Below, piece after piece: positions 1 to 10,235 of a DNA stretch of 64,000 bases (within the stretch, counting starts at the first letter, position 1; each line of letters begins with the position of its first letter). The notes beneath the pieces are model-generated. The model searched no databases, had not been told where the DNA came from, and saw only the letters and a list, made by a program, of their open reading frames with translations. The stretch lies in the NCBI GenBank assembly GCA_963823665.1, contig CAWGMQ010000010.1, positions 288,001 to 352,000 on the forward strand, read 5' to 3'. Origin of the DNA: an uncultured Planctomycetota bacterium (GTDB lineage Bacteria > Planctomycetota > Planctomycetia > Isosphaerales > Isosphaeraceae). A program made the translations under genes and the position numbers.

Positions 1-77
1 CCTTGTCTCCGATCGCCGCGCGGGCTGGCCTTCGCTCGCTAGCGTTCGACTGCCGACGTGATCGCGTCCGACGAGGA

Positions 78-1070
78 TCACCGCGGCTCGGAACCAACCC
101 GCTTCCGGGCCTGGAGCATCACCGAAAGCATCGCACGCGCCATGTCGTCCCGCCGTTCGGCATACTTCGCCTCTTCAAATGCACCCCCGTCATAAATCTT
201 GGGATCGAGATACGGCATCGACACACGCAGGACCGAGCCCGTGACCGAGGGGCACGCGGCATCCGCTTCGCCGCAGACCATGAGCGCGGCAAAGCCGTGT
301 TGCGGATTGGTGGAATCGTCGTAGCGCTTGGAGAACTCCGTCGTTTCCAGGGACACCTCGCCCGACTCGGGCGTTCCCCAGCACAACCGGTAGATCGGAT
401 TGGCCGTTCTGGCCTCACCTCTGGGCGCTTCCTTGCCGGTCGGCTCGACTTCAACGCCGATCGTCTTGAGCGCATGTACTGTCCGACTGTTGAATGCGCT
501 CGCCGCGGTGCCGCCGCTGTGAAAGCGGATCTCGGGCATCCCGTAGTAGGCCGCAGCGATGTTGCCCATCGTCTCCCCCAGAAAGCTCCGCCGGGAGTTG
601 GCCGTGCACACCGCGATCACATCAAGCTGCTTGCCCGGACGGTAGTTCGCGGCGATCCACTCCGCCAGCTTTTGCCCGGCGAGGCGGTGCTTTTCGTCGA
701 TCATGTCGAAGGACGTCGTGAGAAAATCAGCGTGAGCCCTGACCCTGGGCAACAGCCGCAGCCGGCTGCGCGGAACATCCGATTCGAGCACTCGCTCGAC
801 CTCCGCCGGATTGATCCGGCCGTCGGCGCCGGCCAGCTTTTTGAATGTCTCGCGTTCCATGAGCCCATCCAGACTGGAAAGCTCCAGCTCGCCGTCCTTG
901 CCAAGAGCCTTGAACAAAACTCCCTTTAGCCGCGGGTCGTTCGCGGGATCGGCCGCCTCGGCTGTCCCGAAGCGCTGAAGCAACCACAAGGCCCGCACGA
1001 AGGGCCCGGTGTCGCCGGCCGATTGCGGGCCAGCCCCCAGAGCCAGCGCCACGATGAGCGAATGGTGCAT
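78..1070 (-). CDS. Exported low-molecular-weight phosphatase/arsenate-reductase-like (CX5R) protein with N-terminal EF-hand-like segment
   Basis: ATG at 1070 with AGGAGG SD at 1081-1086; signal-peptide-like MHHSLIVALALG; P-loop CTANSRRS, SGGT and YLDPK motifs; DGELE/DGRIN EF-hand-like loops. Confidence 0.7.
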   Translation of the reverse strand: MHHSLIVALALGAGPQSAGDTGPFVRALWLLQRFGTAEAADPANDPRLKGVLFKALGKDGELELSSLDGLMERETFKKLAGADGRINPAEVERVLESDVPRSRLRLLPRVRAHADFLTTSFDMIDEKHRLAGQKLAEWIAANYRPGKQLDVIAVCTANSRRSFLGETMGNIAAAYYGMPEIRFHSGGTAASAFNSRTVHALKTIGVEVEPTGKEAPRGEARTANPIYRLCWGTPESGEVSLETTEFSKRYDDSTNPQHGFAALMVCGEADAACPSVTGSVLRVSMPYLDPKIYDGGAFEEAKYAERRDDMARAMLSVMLQARKRVGSEPR

Positions 1071-1178
1071 GGCGAACGATCCTCCTATTTGGTGGCCGTG
1101 ATGTTCGCGCTGCCGGAGTGTACCAGCACTCGCAATATTCATCCGCATGGCCGAATATAGTCGGCCTGCCGGAGTCGG

Positions 1179-2900
1179 TCAAGAGGCTACCCGAACGGCG
1201 CAATCGGCGGCATCGGGGATTGCGATGTGTCTTGCAGCGGTCTCGGGCATTCGGCCGAAGCAGCGGTTGAAGGTCATCAGCGTAAGCGCTGCGAGGGCCG
1301 ACGCGCCGAGAAGGTAGACAATGATCCAGAGGATCCAGGCGCTGCGCAGGGCCGCCCATTCGTGCGGTTGGAAGATTTGCATTGCAAGCGTCGGGAAAGC
1401 CAGGCCAATGATCGGGCTGCCGGCAGCGAAGCTGGGAAAACTGCGCCCCGGGCCCAATAGTCCGACGACGAAAAGCCATCCGATGGTCACGCCGCCGAGA
1501 ACGGCCACATTCAGGGCGACTGCGAGATCGATCCGGGTAATCCAGGTTGCCAGCGCCAGCCCGAGGCTGGTGACGGCCGCGCCATACGCGAGAAACAGCC
1601 CGACGATCAGCAATGCACCATCCCAGCGGCCGCTGTCGCGAGCCAGCGCGGCGGCCAGCACGCCGGGACAGATGGCCACGATGGGAACGGCTCGATACGC
1701 GCCGCACCATTTGCCCCAGACGATTGACCTGGTGCGCAGCGGCGTGGCGAGCAGGACATCCAGGTTTGCGCGGACGCGCTCCTCCCCGAGCGAAGTGGCC
1801 GCGGCGACGCTCAAGAGCAACAGGCCGATGCCGGCCTGGAACCCATTGGCGATCGACGCGACTTGACGGGGCACGGGCCTGCCACTCGAGATCAGGACGA
1901 TCAAGGTGACGGTAAGTCCGATCGACATTGCACCGTAAAGTGACCAGACACCGGCCGCCCAGCGCGACGGACTCAGGCGGTGCCACTCGCGCCAGAGAAC
2001 GGGGTTGGTGTCAATCGACGGGCCCGGCAACAGCTTGAGCATGAAAGCGGATAGAATGGGCGCTCGAAGCAAACGAAGACCCGGAAATGGCGCCGATTCG
2101 CCGCGAGGCGAGACACGGCGGAGCTGCGTTGTCGCGACCGTGATGAACGCGGCCGAGACGATCACGCTGACGGCGAGGAAAGCGATGTAGTCTTCGATGC
2201 CGACGGCGTTCGGCCAGAGGTAAGGGGCCGCAACGAGCCAGACGGGATTGGCCTTTGGGAGCCAGTAGGGCGGTGCCGGGCCCCCGCCCATGACAAGCAG
2301 GTAACCCCACCACATGGGCAGCGCGAGCAGCCAGAGCGCCCAGGCGGCGTAAGTAGTTAATAGCACCTCATGCGTCTTCGTTCCGCAGGCGGAAAATGCC
2401 AGCGCCGCAGCGCAACCGCTGATTGCGACTGCCGTTGTCACGAGCATCGCACAACCGATCATCGGCGCATCGACGCCACCAAGCAGCGACTCAAGCGCGA
2501 GAATCGGCATCGTGCAAAAGAGGATTCCGAGCACGGGCACGAGACGCGCGGCCAGCTTTCCCACCACGATCTCCGCGGACGTGAGATCAGTTGCGAGCAC
2601 GTGGACGAGCGTCCCGCGGGCGCGATCCAGGCAGATCGCGCCGGCCGTCGCCGCCGGCGCCGCCAGCAGCACAACGGCTAGTTGGGTCGCGGTCATCGCT
2701 GCCCAGAAATTCCGGCCGACGGCGGCCTGCGCCTGTACCGACGATTCCGAGCGGCTTCCAACTCGCACCCACCAACCCACCGTCAGGACACATAGAACGC
2801 CGAGAACAAACACCGATCGCGCGATGTACCATTGCCATCGCCGGCTGACGCGCAGCCATTCTGACAGAAACACCGGGCCAAAGGCCGTTCGCTTTGCCAT
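1179..2900 (-). CDS. ABC-2-type permease-like polytopic membrane protein (planctomycete family)
   Basis: 573 aa, many TM helices, two internal halves with DRARGTL..LAT/EERVRANL..LLATPL and IVVGK/IVWGK motifs. Confidence 0.75.
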   Translation of the reverse strand: MAKRTAFGPVFLSEWLRVSRRWQWYIARSVFVLGVLCVLTVGWWVRVGSRSESSVQAQAAVGRNFWAAMTATQLAVVLLAAPAATAGAICLDRARGTLVHVLATDLTSAEIVVGKLAARLVPVLGILFCTMPILALESLLGGVDAPMIGCAMLVTTAVAISGCAAALAFSACGTKTHEVLLTTYAAWALWLLALPMWWGYLLVMGGGPAPPYWLPKANPVWLVAAPYLWPNAVGIEDYIAFLAVSVIVSAAFITVATTQLRRVSPRGESAPFPGLRLLRAPILSAFMLKLLPGPSIDTNPVLWREWHRLSPSRWAAGVWSLYGAMSIGLTVTLIVLISSGRPVPRQVASIANGFQAGIGLLLLSVAAATSLGEERVRANLDVLLATPLRTRSIVWGKWCGAYRAVPIVAICPGVLAAALARDSGRWDGALLIVGLFLAYGAAVTSLGLALATWITRIDLAVALNVAVLGGVTIGWLFVVGLLGPGRSFPSFAAGSPIIGLAFPTLAMQIFQPHEWAALRSAWILWIIVYLLGASALAALTLMTFNRCFGRMPETAARHIAIPDAADCAVRVAS

Positions 2901-3229
2901 GCAAAGTTCTCCTGGGATGACTGTAACAACGATCGCGGCGGCCGAACAGCCGAAGTCGGAGAATTCGCGGCTCCAGCCTCCTCCGTGCGTGTTCGGCCGG
3001 GAATCGACGGGCCGGTGCGTGCGGCGCTCGCGGCCGTTGCCCCGCGGCAGGCGTCATGACATAATGTGGCTCATCCAATCGTGAACGATCGCCTCGATCC
3101 GACGCCAATCCATTGATTGCGCGTGACAGAGGCTCGAGGAAACGGCCCACAAATCCCCGGAGTGAATTGCCGGAGCTTCAGGTGACGAGCAGCGTACCGG
3201 CGCGTCCGAGTCGAGGAGAACCGACCGAA

Positions 3230-4315
3230 ATGAGATCGCATCGTTTCCTGGGCAGCATCGGAGCCTTGGCGGGCCTCGCGGCCATTTTCAGCTTGCCGCC
3301 TCGCGCCGCGGGGCAGGAAGTCAAGAGGCCCCAGGCTCCCGCGGCCGCCGGCGACAGCGTCAAGTCGATCGACGACGAATATGATCAGGAGCTTCTTCGA
3401 CTTGACCGCCGGCGGTTGGAACGGCTGGAACGGCTCGCAGCCGGCCAGAACCCCCCGGAGGCTGCCGCGACTTATGAACGGCTTTTCCGTCTGGCGATAG
3501 CGGGCAACCTGTTCCGCGACGGGGAAGGGGCGGCCAAGACGCTGCTGGGCCGCGGCAGCCCCTCGCGGACGGCGATGGCGCTGGCCCACATGGTGAAAAT
3601 TATTGCCGAGGCTGATCGGGGTGCGCACGACGACTCGATCGAGAGTTTGCGGACGGCGGTCGCCGCGAATGCCGAGGCGGCCAAGGGTGGTGCGCCGCGG
3701 GCGGAGCTCGCGACCGGCGAGATCGTGGGAATCTGCGAGGCCTATTATCAGCGGCTGATTCACGCAGGCCGGTACGACACGGCACGACAGGCCCTGGGGA
3801 TGATTCTTGCCCAGACGCAGCGTCCGATCCTGAAGGAGTTCCTCTCGGACCGTCTGGCGCGGCTCGACCAGGTCGGCAAGCCCGCGCCCAGGATTACCGG
3901 AACGGACCTCGAGGGAAAGCGGTTTGACCTGGCCGATGCCAAGGGCAAGGTCGTTCTGGTCGTATTCTGGGCGAGCTGGTGCCTGCCCAGTGCCGCCGAG
4001 GTCGAATCGCTCCAGAAAGTGGACGAGGCTTTTCGCGGCCGAGGACTTCGAATCCTCGGCATCGATCTCGACGCATTGCAGGAAAGCGGTCAAAAGCCAG
4101 ATGCCGCTATCGCGAACGCACGGCGGTTCCTGCTGGATTACAACGTCACCTGGCCCACCCTGATCAGCGGCGAGGGGGAGACCGACTACGCCAAGTTATA
4201 TCGCGTGACGGAAATCCCGGCGAACGTGTTGATCGCCAAGGATGGGACGATCGCGCACATCGACCTGGTTCATAAGAACCTGGAAGACATGGTGGCGCGC
4301 ACGCTCGGCGACTGA
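3230..4315 (+). CDS. TlpA/redoxin-family thioredoxin-like protein, exported
   Basis: GAGGAG SD, signal peptide, C-terminal GKPAP..GKVVLVVFWASWCLPS and cis-Pro EIPANVLI. Confidence 0.8.
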   Translation: MRSHRFLGSIGALAGLAAIFSLPPRAAGQEVKRPQAPAAAGDSVKSIDDEYDQELLRLDRRRLERLERLAAGQNPPEAAATYERLFRLAIAGNLFRDGEGAAKTLLGRGSPSRTAMALAHMVKIIAEADRGAHDDSIESLRTAVAANAEAAKGGAPRAELATGEIVGICEAYYQRLIHAGRYDTARQALGMILAQTQRPILKEFLSDRLARLDQVGKPAPRITGTDLEGKRFDLADAKGKVVLVVFWASWCLPSAAEVESLQKVDEAFRGRGLRILGIDLDALQESGQKPDAAIANARRFLLDYNVTWPTLISGEGETDYAKLYRVTEIPANVLIAKDGTIAHIDLVHKNLEDMVARTLGD

Positions 4316-4373
4316 AGCGATTCCGTGGAGCCGATTACCGCCGGTGCGGCTGTTGCGAACCGTTCGACCGTAG

Positions 4374-5123
4374 TCAGGGCAAAGGCGGTGCCGGCGGGAT
4401 CTTGCGCGGTTCTGGCGGTGCCGCGGATTGAGCGAGCGAGTCGTAGAGTGACAGCAGAAACATGTGGAAGGCGTCGGAGACCGCGGGCGTGGAGCTCGAG
4501 CGAATCTCCTGGAGGGCAGGGCGGCCGTAGTCGAGCAGCTTCTGCCGCGCGAATGTGGCGCTCGAAACCGACGCAGTGATTTGCCGTTTCGTTTCCTCGA
4601 GCACCGCGAGGCTTGCCTGGTCAGAGACTTCGCGTTTCCCCTGGAGCTCTCCAGCGGTGGGCGATTCGCCGGGCCAGATCAGCTTCTGGGCGGCGTCAAA
4701 GAAGCTGGTGAGCGGCAGGATGGGGTTGCCGGCCAGGAGCTCGCCCCGCCGTGACTGCACCTGGCTCGTGTTTGCGGCGGAGGCAGCTGCGGTTCGCGGC
4801 TGGTAACTCGGCGGCCGCCGCCGGCGCACCTCGTAAGTTGATTGGAAGCCGGGATCGCGAAGCTTGTTGATAAACGAGTTGGGGTTGTTCGCATAGGGGG
4901 TGCGCGAGGGAACGCCTTCACGCGGTCGGTTTGCGGCGGCCAGGGCCTGCTGGTTCAAGTACCCGGTAGGAGACGGCACCTGATGAAAGCCGAAAAAGCC
5001 GCCCATACCCATACCCATGCCCATGTCGAATTGAGCATGGGCGTCGCTCGCGCCGAGCAAAAGCGCCGCGATGGCCGCAGAGAATCCCAGCAATCGCGGC
5101 AGATGCCGATCGGTCCTTAACAT
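4374..5123 (-). CDS. Secreted hypothetical protein
   Basis: Signal peptide ending AHA-Q, Gly/Met-rich N-terminus, Pro-rich tail. Confidence 0.65.
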   Translation of the reverse strand: MLRTDRHLPRLLGFSAAIAALLLGASDAHAQFDMGMGMGMGGFFGFHQVPSPTGYLNQQALAAANRPREGVPSRTPYANNPNSFINKLRDPGFQSTYEVRRRRPPSYQPRTAAASAANTSQVQSRRGELLAGNPILPLTSFFDAAQKLIWPGESPTAGELQGKREVSDQASLAVLEETKRQITASVSSATFARQKLLDYGRPALQEIRSSSTPAVSDAFHMFLLSLYDSLAQSAAPPEPRKIPPAPPLP

Positions 5124-5165
5124 TGGAAGATCCTTGGGTGTGCTTCGGAAATCGCGGCCGACGGG

Positions 5166-5776
5166 TCACTTCGACTGGCCCGAGGCCGCGGCTCGAGCAG
5201 GCGCCTTCTTTTGCAGATCATTGTAGTCCATCTTCGAGAAGAAGTCGCCGAGCGCGGCGGTTTCAACCTGGTGGGGCCGGGTGTTGGCCAAGGGGATGTT
5301 GCGAATGGTCTCGCCGCCGATCTTCGCCTTCGAGCCCTCGAGCGCCCGGCCGTAGACCCTGGGGTCGTCAATCTCATCGACGGCCACATTCAGGGCATCT
5401 CCCGAGAACACGTCACGCTGCTCGGGGCTGTTGCGGAGCCGCGCCTGGATCTTGTCGAGCTCGGCGCTGGTGCGCGCACTCTCTGGCTGGCCTGGTATTG
5501 CCGGTTGGCTTCTTTATTAGATTCATAAATATATTAATTAAATCGTATGATGGTGTCGAGGTTGATCGAATCGGCGATGGCGGTTGCCTTATTGTAGCAG
5601 CCGGCGCCCTGGGCATAGGCGCCCATTCCTCTTGCCAGGCTTCCCTCGGGAATGTCGACGCCCCAGCCGCACATGCCGAAGCCGCCGGGGTAACCCCATT
5701 GCGCTTGGGCCGTCGCCCCTTGCCCCGCCAATAGCGCCAGCGCGAGCACCGGCACCCATCGAACCTTTCCTCGCAT
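5166..5776 (-). pseudogene. Disrupted secreted hypothetical protein (in-frame TAA at 5534-5536 plus frameshift near 5480)
   Basis: Signal peptide AQA-QWGYPGG; reading continues past the stop (YIYESNKEANRQY) and then in another frame (IQARLRNSPEQRDVFSGDALN). Confidence 0.6.
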
Positions 5777-6320
5777 CGCGATTGCTCCGCGCAAAGTGCC
5801 ATTCCGGCATGGTGCAGCTCGGCAGCGCAATTGACGATGGACCGATCGATCGGTCAAACAACCCATCAACAACCGGCACTGTTCACTGTGATCTCGATAT
5901 GCCGAGCGGACTCAAGATTAACCCGGTAGCCAGCCGCAGGCAATGGGCCGGCGGGCAGCCGGCGTCTCCAGCGGCAATCGCACCGGCCATTACGCCCATC
6001 AGGACGGGAATGTCATTCAGTCATATGTGAACCGTTACAGGAGACGCGATCACGAAGATTCGCTCGTTTCGAGCGACAGAGCGGCGCGATCAAGGCACTT
6101 GGTCTTGACCGGCACCCTCTCGATCGGTTTGACTCAATAACGTATTCTTAAGGAGATGACATTCAGGCGAGACTCAAAGGCCTGTCGGCCTCGCCGTCAC
6201 AATCTCAATCTTTCGTTCCGGCGGCTCGGCAGAAGTGTGAAGCCGCAGCACCACGAATGGTCTCCGGTCGAACGGGCCGGAAATCGCAGCCGGGAACGAA
6301 CGCAACAGGAAAAAAACACC

Positions 6321-8237
6321 ATGGATTGCACGCGTGTGATCGCTGCCGGCGCCAGAGGAGCGATACTCCTTGCCCTCGTTCTTATTTCGGGTGCCGGCAA
6401 CTTGCCCGCCCGGGCAGCCGATCCGCCCGAACTTTCGAACGCGACCGTTCACGGCCTGCAGGGCCATCGCATCAAACTGGCTGCCCCGCAAGGCGGAGCG
6501 ACCGTGCTGATTTTTTATTCCACCGAGTGCCCGATCTCGAACAGCTACAGCCCGACTCTCAATGGCCTTGTCGAGGGTTTCCCCGCCGAGAAGTTGAAGT
6601 GGATCGGCGTGTGCATTGACCCCGACCTGAGCGACGCGGACGTGAAGACCCACGCCCGCGACTTCAACTTGAAGTTCCCGTTGTCGCGCGACAAGCACGG
6701 AGCCCTGGCGCGAAAGCTCGGTGTGAAGGTGACGCCCGAGGCAGTTGTGATCGACGGGCATGGTCGCGTGCGGTATCGCGGCCGGATCGACGACCAGTTC
6801 GCCGCCCGCCAGAAGCGAAATGCGAATCCGACCGTAAATGATCTGAAGAATGCGCTCGAAGCGCTCTTGAGCGGCAAAGAACTGAAGACGGACTTCGTGG
6901 AGGCCGTCGGCTGCCCGCTGCCGGAGATCGCGCAGGCGGCGCGGCCGACCTATTGCAAGGATGTGGCACCGATCATTCAGAAGAACTGCCAGGAGTGCCA
7001 CCGGCCTGGCCAGGTCGGCCCATTCCCGCTGGAGACTTACGACCAGGCGCGGAAGCGTGCGTCGGACATCGCGGGCGTGGTCGATGATCGAACGATGCCC
7101 CCGTGGAAGGCCAACCCGCACGTCGGTCCCAAGTTCCGGGACGTGCGCACGCTCTCGGAGGCAGAGGTCGAGACCATTCTCACCTGGGCCGAGAACGACG
7201 CGCCGGAGGGAAATCCGACAGAACTGCTTGCAGCCCCCAAGTTTTCAGACGAGTGGGAGCTGGGCACTCCCGATCTGGTTCTCGATATCGGCGCCGACTA
7301 TGAAGTGCCCGCCAGTGGTGAGGACATCTACCGTTGTTTCGTCGTGCCGACCGGCCTGACCGAAGACAAGTACGTCTCGGCCGTCGAGTTCCGGGCGGGC
7401 AACCGCAGCGTGGTTCATCACATACTGGCATATGTCGACATTTCCGGCAAAGCACGCGAGCGCGACACAGCGGACCCGGGGCCGGGGTATTCCTGCTTCG
7501 GCGGTCCCGGCGACCCGATTCACGGCGGCCTGGGCGGCTGGGCGCCCGGCAATCGGCCGAGCTTTCTCGACGAGGGGGTGGGCCGGTCGCTGCCCGCCAA
7601 GAGCGATGTGATCATCCAGGTGCACTACCACACGCGCGGCAAGGCAGAGACGGACCGCAGCAAGATCGGCATCTATTTCTGCAAGAAGCCGGTCAAGCAG
7701 ATCCTGCACTGGAGCGTCGTGATCAACCCGGAGCTGGTGCTGCCTCCCGGGCAGTCCAACATCGAGGTCAAGGCTGCGTGGGAAGTTCCCGTCGACGTTA
7801 CTCTACGCAACGTCTCGCCGCACATGCATCTGCTCGGCCACGACATGCAGATCTCGGCGAAGTTCCCCGACGGCAACGTGCACGACCTGATCCGGATTGA
7901 CGACTGGGACTTCAACTGGCAATACACTTACCACCTCGAGACGCCCATGGAGCTTCCGAAGGGCACCGTCGTTTACCTGGTTTCACACTTCGACAACTCG
8001 GCGGCGAACCCGAGAAACCCAAACCATCCGCCCAAGGAAGTGCGTTGGGGCGAGGCGACGACGGACGAGATGTGCATCGGCTTTCTGGGCGTCACCAAGA
8101 AGGGCCAGGACCTCACTCGGCCCGGCGAAAAAGACGACTACATGGACATTCTCCGGAAACAGCAGGAGCAATACCGCGAGAAGTACGAAAAGATGCGCCG
8201 GGATGCAAAGGCGCGCAAGGGAAAGAGCTCGTCTTAG
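6321..8237 (+). CDS. Redoxin + CxxCH heme-c + copper type II ascorbate-dependent monooxygenase-like fusion
   Basis: Signal peptide; STECPIS and YRGRIDD redoxin; CQECH heme motif; VVHH, PHMH and DEMC Cu-ligand motifs. Confidence 0.8.
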   Translation: MDCTRVIAAGARGAILLALVLISGAGNLPARAADPPELSNATVHGLQGHRIKLAAPQGGATVLIFYSTECPISNSYSPTLNGLVEGFPAEKLKWIGVCIDPDLSDADVKTHARDFNLKFPLSRDKHGALARKLGVKVTPEAVVIDGHGRVRYRGRIDDQFAARQKRNANPTVNDLKNALEALLSGKELKTDFVEAVGCPLPEIAQAARPTYCKDVAPIIQKNCQECHRPGQVGPFPLETYDQARKRASDIAGVVDDRTMPPWKANPHVGPKFRDVRTLSEAEVETILTWAENDAPEGNPTELLAAPKFSDEWELGTPDLVLDIGADYEVPASGEDIYRCFVVPTGLTEDKYVSAVEFRAGNRSVVHHILAYVDISGKARERDTADPGPGYSCFGGPGDPIHGGLGGWAPGNRPSFLDEGVGRSLPAKSDVIIQVHYHTRGKAETDRSKIGIYFCKKPVKQILHWSVVINPELVLPPGQSNIEVKAAWEVPVDVTLRNVSPHMHLLGHDMQISAKFPDGNVHDLIRIDDWDFNWQYTYHLETPMELPKGTVVYLVSHFDNSAANPRNPNHPPKEVRWGEATTDEMCIGFLGVTKKGQDLTRPGEKDDYMDILRKQQEQYREKYEKMRRDAKARKGKSSS

Positions 8238-8350
8238 TCTGGCAAAAAGTCGTGACGCGTGGGCGATCTGGCGAGTCAGGAACGTGTCCGTTCTCGTGCT
8301 GCCTTTCTGGGCCCGTTCACGGACTTCGATTCGACAATGCCGGCATAAAC

Positions 8351-8390
8351 AGGAATAAACTTGCTTTTCGCTCGCTGCGAGGTGTACCAT
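8351..8390 (+). promoter_or_regulatory. Sigma70-like promoter of leader A
   Basis: AGGAATAAAC-TTGCTT-N18-TACCAT; same arrangement at 32833-32872. Confidence 0.65.
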
Positions 8391-8399
8391 GGCGACTGT

Positions 8400-8566
8400 A
8401 TTGTCGGGAGTCGACATGAGACAACCGACCCGCGGCTCCCGGAGATGATCTGAATTTGTCGGATGACTGGACGAAGGGCAGCTCGGCAATCCCGGGTGGT
8501 CCGTCGAAAAGTAAGCCGGCGTGGTCGAGGACCTTGAGGGTTCTCGACCACGCCGGCTTTTTTTTT
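8400..8566 (+). ncRNA. Candidate cis-regulatory attenuator leader, copy A
   Basis: 5' hairpin GGGAG..CTCCC, conserved core GTCGGATGACTGGACGAAGGGCA..GTCCGTCGAAAAGTAAGCCGGC, ends in terminator. Confidence 0.8.
8515..8566 (+). terminator. Intrinsic terminator inside leader A
   Basis: 19-bp stem 8515-8533/8539-8557 followed by T9. Confidence 0.9.
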
Positions 8567-8706
8567 CGCTCGCGCTGACTTCGCTCGGCCGCTATTCGCC
8601 AACCACTGACCTGAACGACCGGCCCGGTACAGCAAACGCGCAACTGCTCACTGGTCTCCGCGTCAACAACTGCTAATTTCACCAAAGTTTAGCAAGGAGG
8701 AATCAG

Positions 8707-9246
8707 ATGATGTCAGAAAAGAACTCGGTCGTCGCGATCTTCGAGTCGCACGGGCGGGCCGAAGACGCGATCCGCGAACTACAGCGAAGCGGCTTCGACA
8801 TGAAGAAGCTGTCGATCATCGGTAAGGATTACCACACGGAGGAGAACGTCGTCGGCTACTACACGACCGGCGAGCGCATGAAGTACTGGGGCAAGCTGGG
8901 AGCCTTCTGGGGCGGCTTCTGGGGGATTCTGTTCGGTTCAGCATTCTTCTGGCTGCCCGGCATCGGGACGGTGCTCGTGGCTGGTCCGCTCGTGGTCTGG
9001 ATCGTTGGCGCGCTCGAGAGCGCCGCGGTGATGGGCGGGCTCAGCGCCATGGGTGCCGCACTGTACAGCATCGGCATCCCGGAGGACAGTATCCTTCGAT
9101 ACGAAACACACGTGAAGAACGGCAAACTCCTCTTGCTCGTCCATGGGACGCCCGAGGAAGTGGAACGCGCCAAGAACCTCCTGGATCGGTCCGACGCAAA
9201 TTCAACGACGGTCCATGGCGAACAACTGGCCACCGCTGGCGCGTAA
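8707..9246 (+). CDS. General stress membrane protein (DUF1269/YflT-like)
   Basis: AAGGAGG SD; LSIIGKDYHTEE, Gly-rich TM hairpin with PGIG..AGP; paralog at 35241. Confidence 0.75.
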   Translation: MMSEKNSVVAIFESHGRAEDAIRELQRSGFDMKKLSIIGKDYHTEENVVGYYTTGERMKYWGKLGAFWGGFWGILFGSAFFWLPGIGTVLVAGPLVVWIVGALESAAVMGGLSAMGAALYSIGIPEDSILRYETHVKNGKLLLLVHGTPEEVERAKNLLDRSDANSTTVHGEQLATAGA

Positions 9247-9330
9247 CTCAAGGAAATCCGTGCAACACAAAGTTCCGGTCGGCCGCCGACCGGAACGTTA
9301 CACAGAAACATTCTCACGGGGAGGAACGAA

Positions 9331-10167
9331 GTGAGTTATGTAGAACGCTTCAGAGTGCCTCCCAGCACCACCGTCAAGCTTGCAGACATCGACCCGAGTT
9401 TCAAAAACCATCACGAGGGCCACAAGGAGGCGGCCAAGGAGATCGAGCACTACCGGCTGAGGCTGAGAGAACTGCAAGAGTTGCTCTATGCCGATGGACG
9501 GCGATCGCTCCTCATCTGCCTCCAAGCGCTCGACGCAGGGGGCAAGGACGGGACGATCGAACATATCCTGGGTTCGATGAATCCGCAAGGCTGCAAAGTG
9601 GTGGGGTTCAAGCAGCCTTCCGCCTTGGAGTGTGCGCATGATTTCCTGTGGCGAATCCATCGTGCCGTGCCTGCCCGTGGTGAAGTGGTCATCTTCAACC
9701 GTTCACATTACGAGGACGTCTTGATCGCTCGCGTTCATCACCTGGTCCCACATGAGATTTGGGCCCGCCGTTACGATCGAATCAATGCCTTCGAGAGTGG
9801 CCTCGTTGAGGACGGCACGGGCATTCTCAAGTTCTACCTCCATATCTCGAAACGCGAGCAACTGAAACGCTTCAAGGATCGGCTCGACGACCCTGCCAAG
9901 CAATGGAAGATCAGCGAGGCCGATTACAAGGAGCGAACCTGCTGGGGCGACTACACGGCGGCTTACGAAGATGCGCTCGCCCGTTGCAGCACCGAGCATG
10001 CCCCGTGGTTCATTATCCCTTCCGACCACAAGTGGTTCAGGAACCTCGCCGTGGCTCGGATCGTCGTGGAGCACCTGGAAGCGCTGAAGATGACATTCCC
10101 GCCTCCTTCGGTGGACATCGAGCACATTCGCAAGGAATATCACGCAGCGAAGAAGCATAGCCACTGA
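9331..10167 (+). CDS. ppk2: Polyphosphate kinase 2 family protein
   Basis: Walker A ALDAGGKDG, HDFLWR, FNRSHYE, WKIS..D, HKWFRN. Confidence 0.9.
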   Translation: MSYVERFRVPPSTTVKLADIDPSFKNHHEGHKEAAKEIEHYRLRLRELQELLYADGRRSLLICLQALDAGGKDGTIEHILGSMNPQGCKVVGFKQPSALECAHDFLWRIHRAVPARGEVVIFNRSHYEDVLIARVHHLVPHEIWARRYDRINAFESGLVEDGTGILKFYLHISKREQLKRFKDRLDDPAKQWKISEADYKERTCWGDYTAAYEDALARCSTEHAPWFIIPSDHKWFRNLAVARIVVEHLEALKMTFPPPSVDIEHIRKEYHAAKKHSH

Positions 10168-10235
10168 CCTGGAAGGCAGCGTTTCGAGAGAATGCGCCCG
10201 CGGCGGATTTGCGATGCTTGAAGCGGAGACACGAA

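Noticed and set aside
727..1986. Long alternative and antisense ORFs here and throughout the window
   Set aside because: Arg/Pro-rich shadow frames typical of high-GC DNA, overlapping well-supported genes
8458..8566. Leader copies as MITE/REP elements or plain gene-end terminators
   Set aside because: No terminal inverted repeats or target duplications; all four are sense-oriented between a promoter and a first gene
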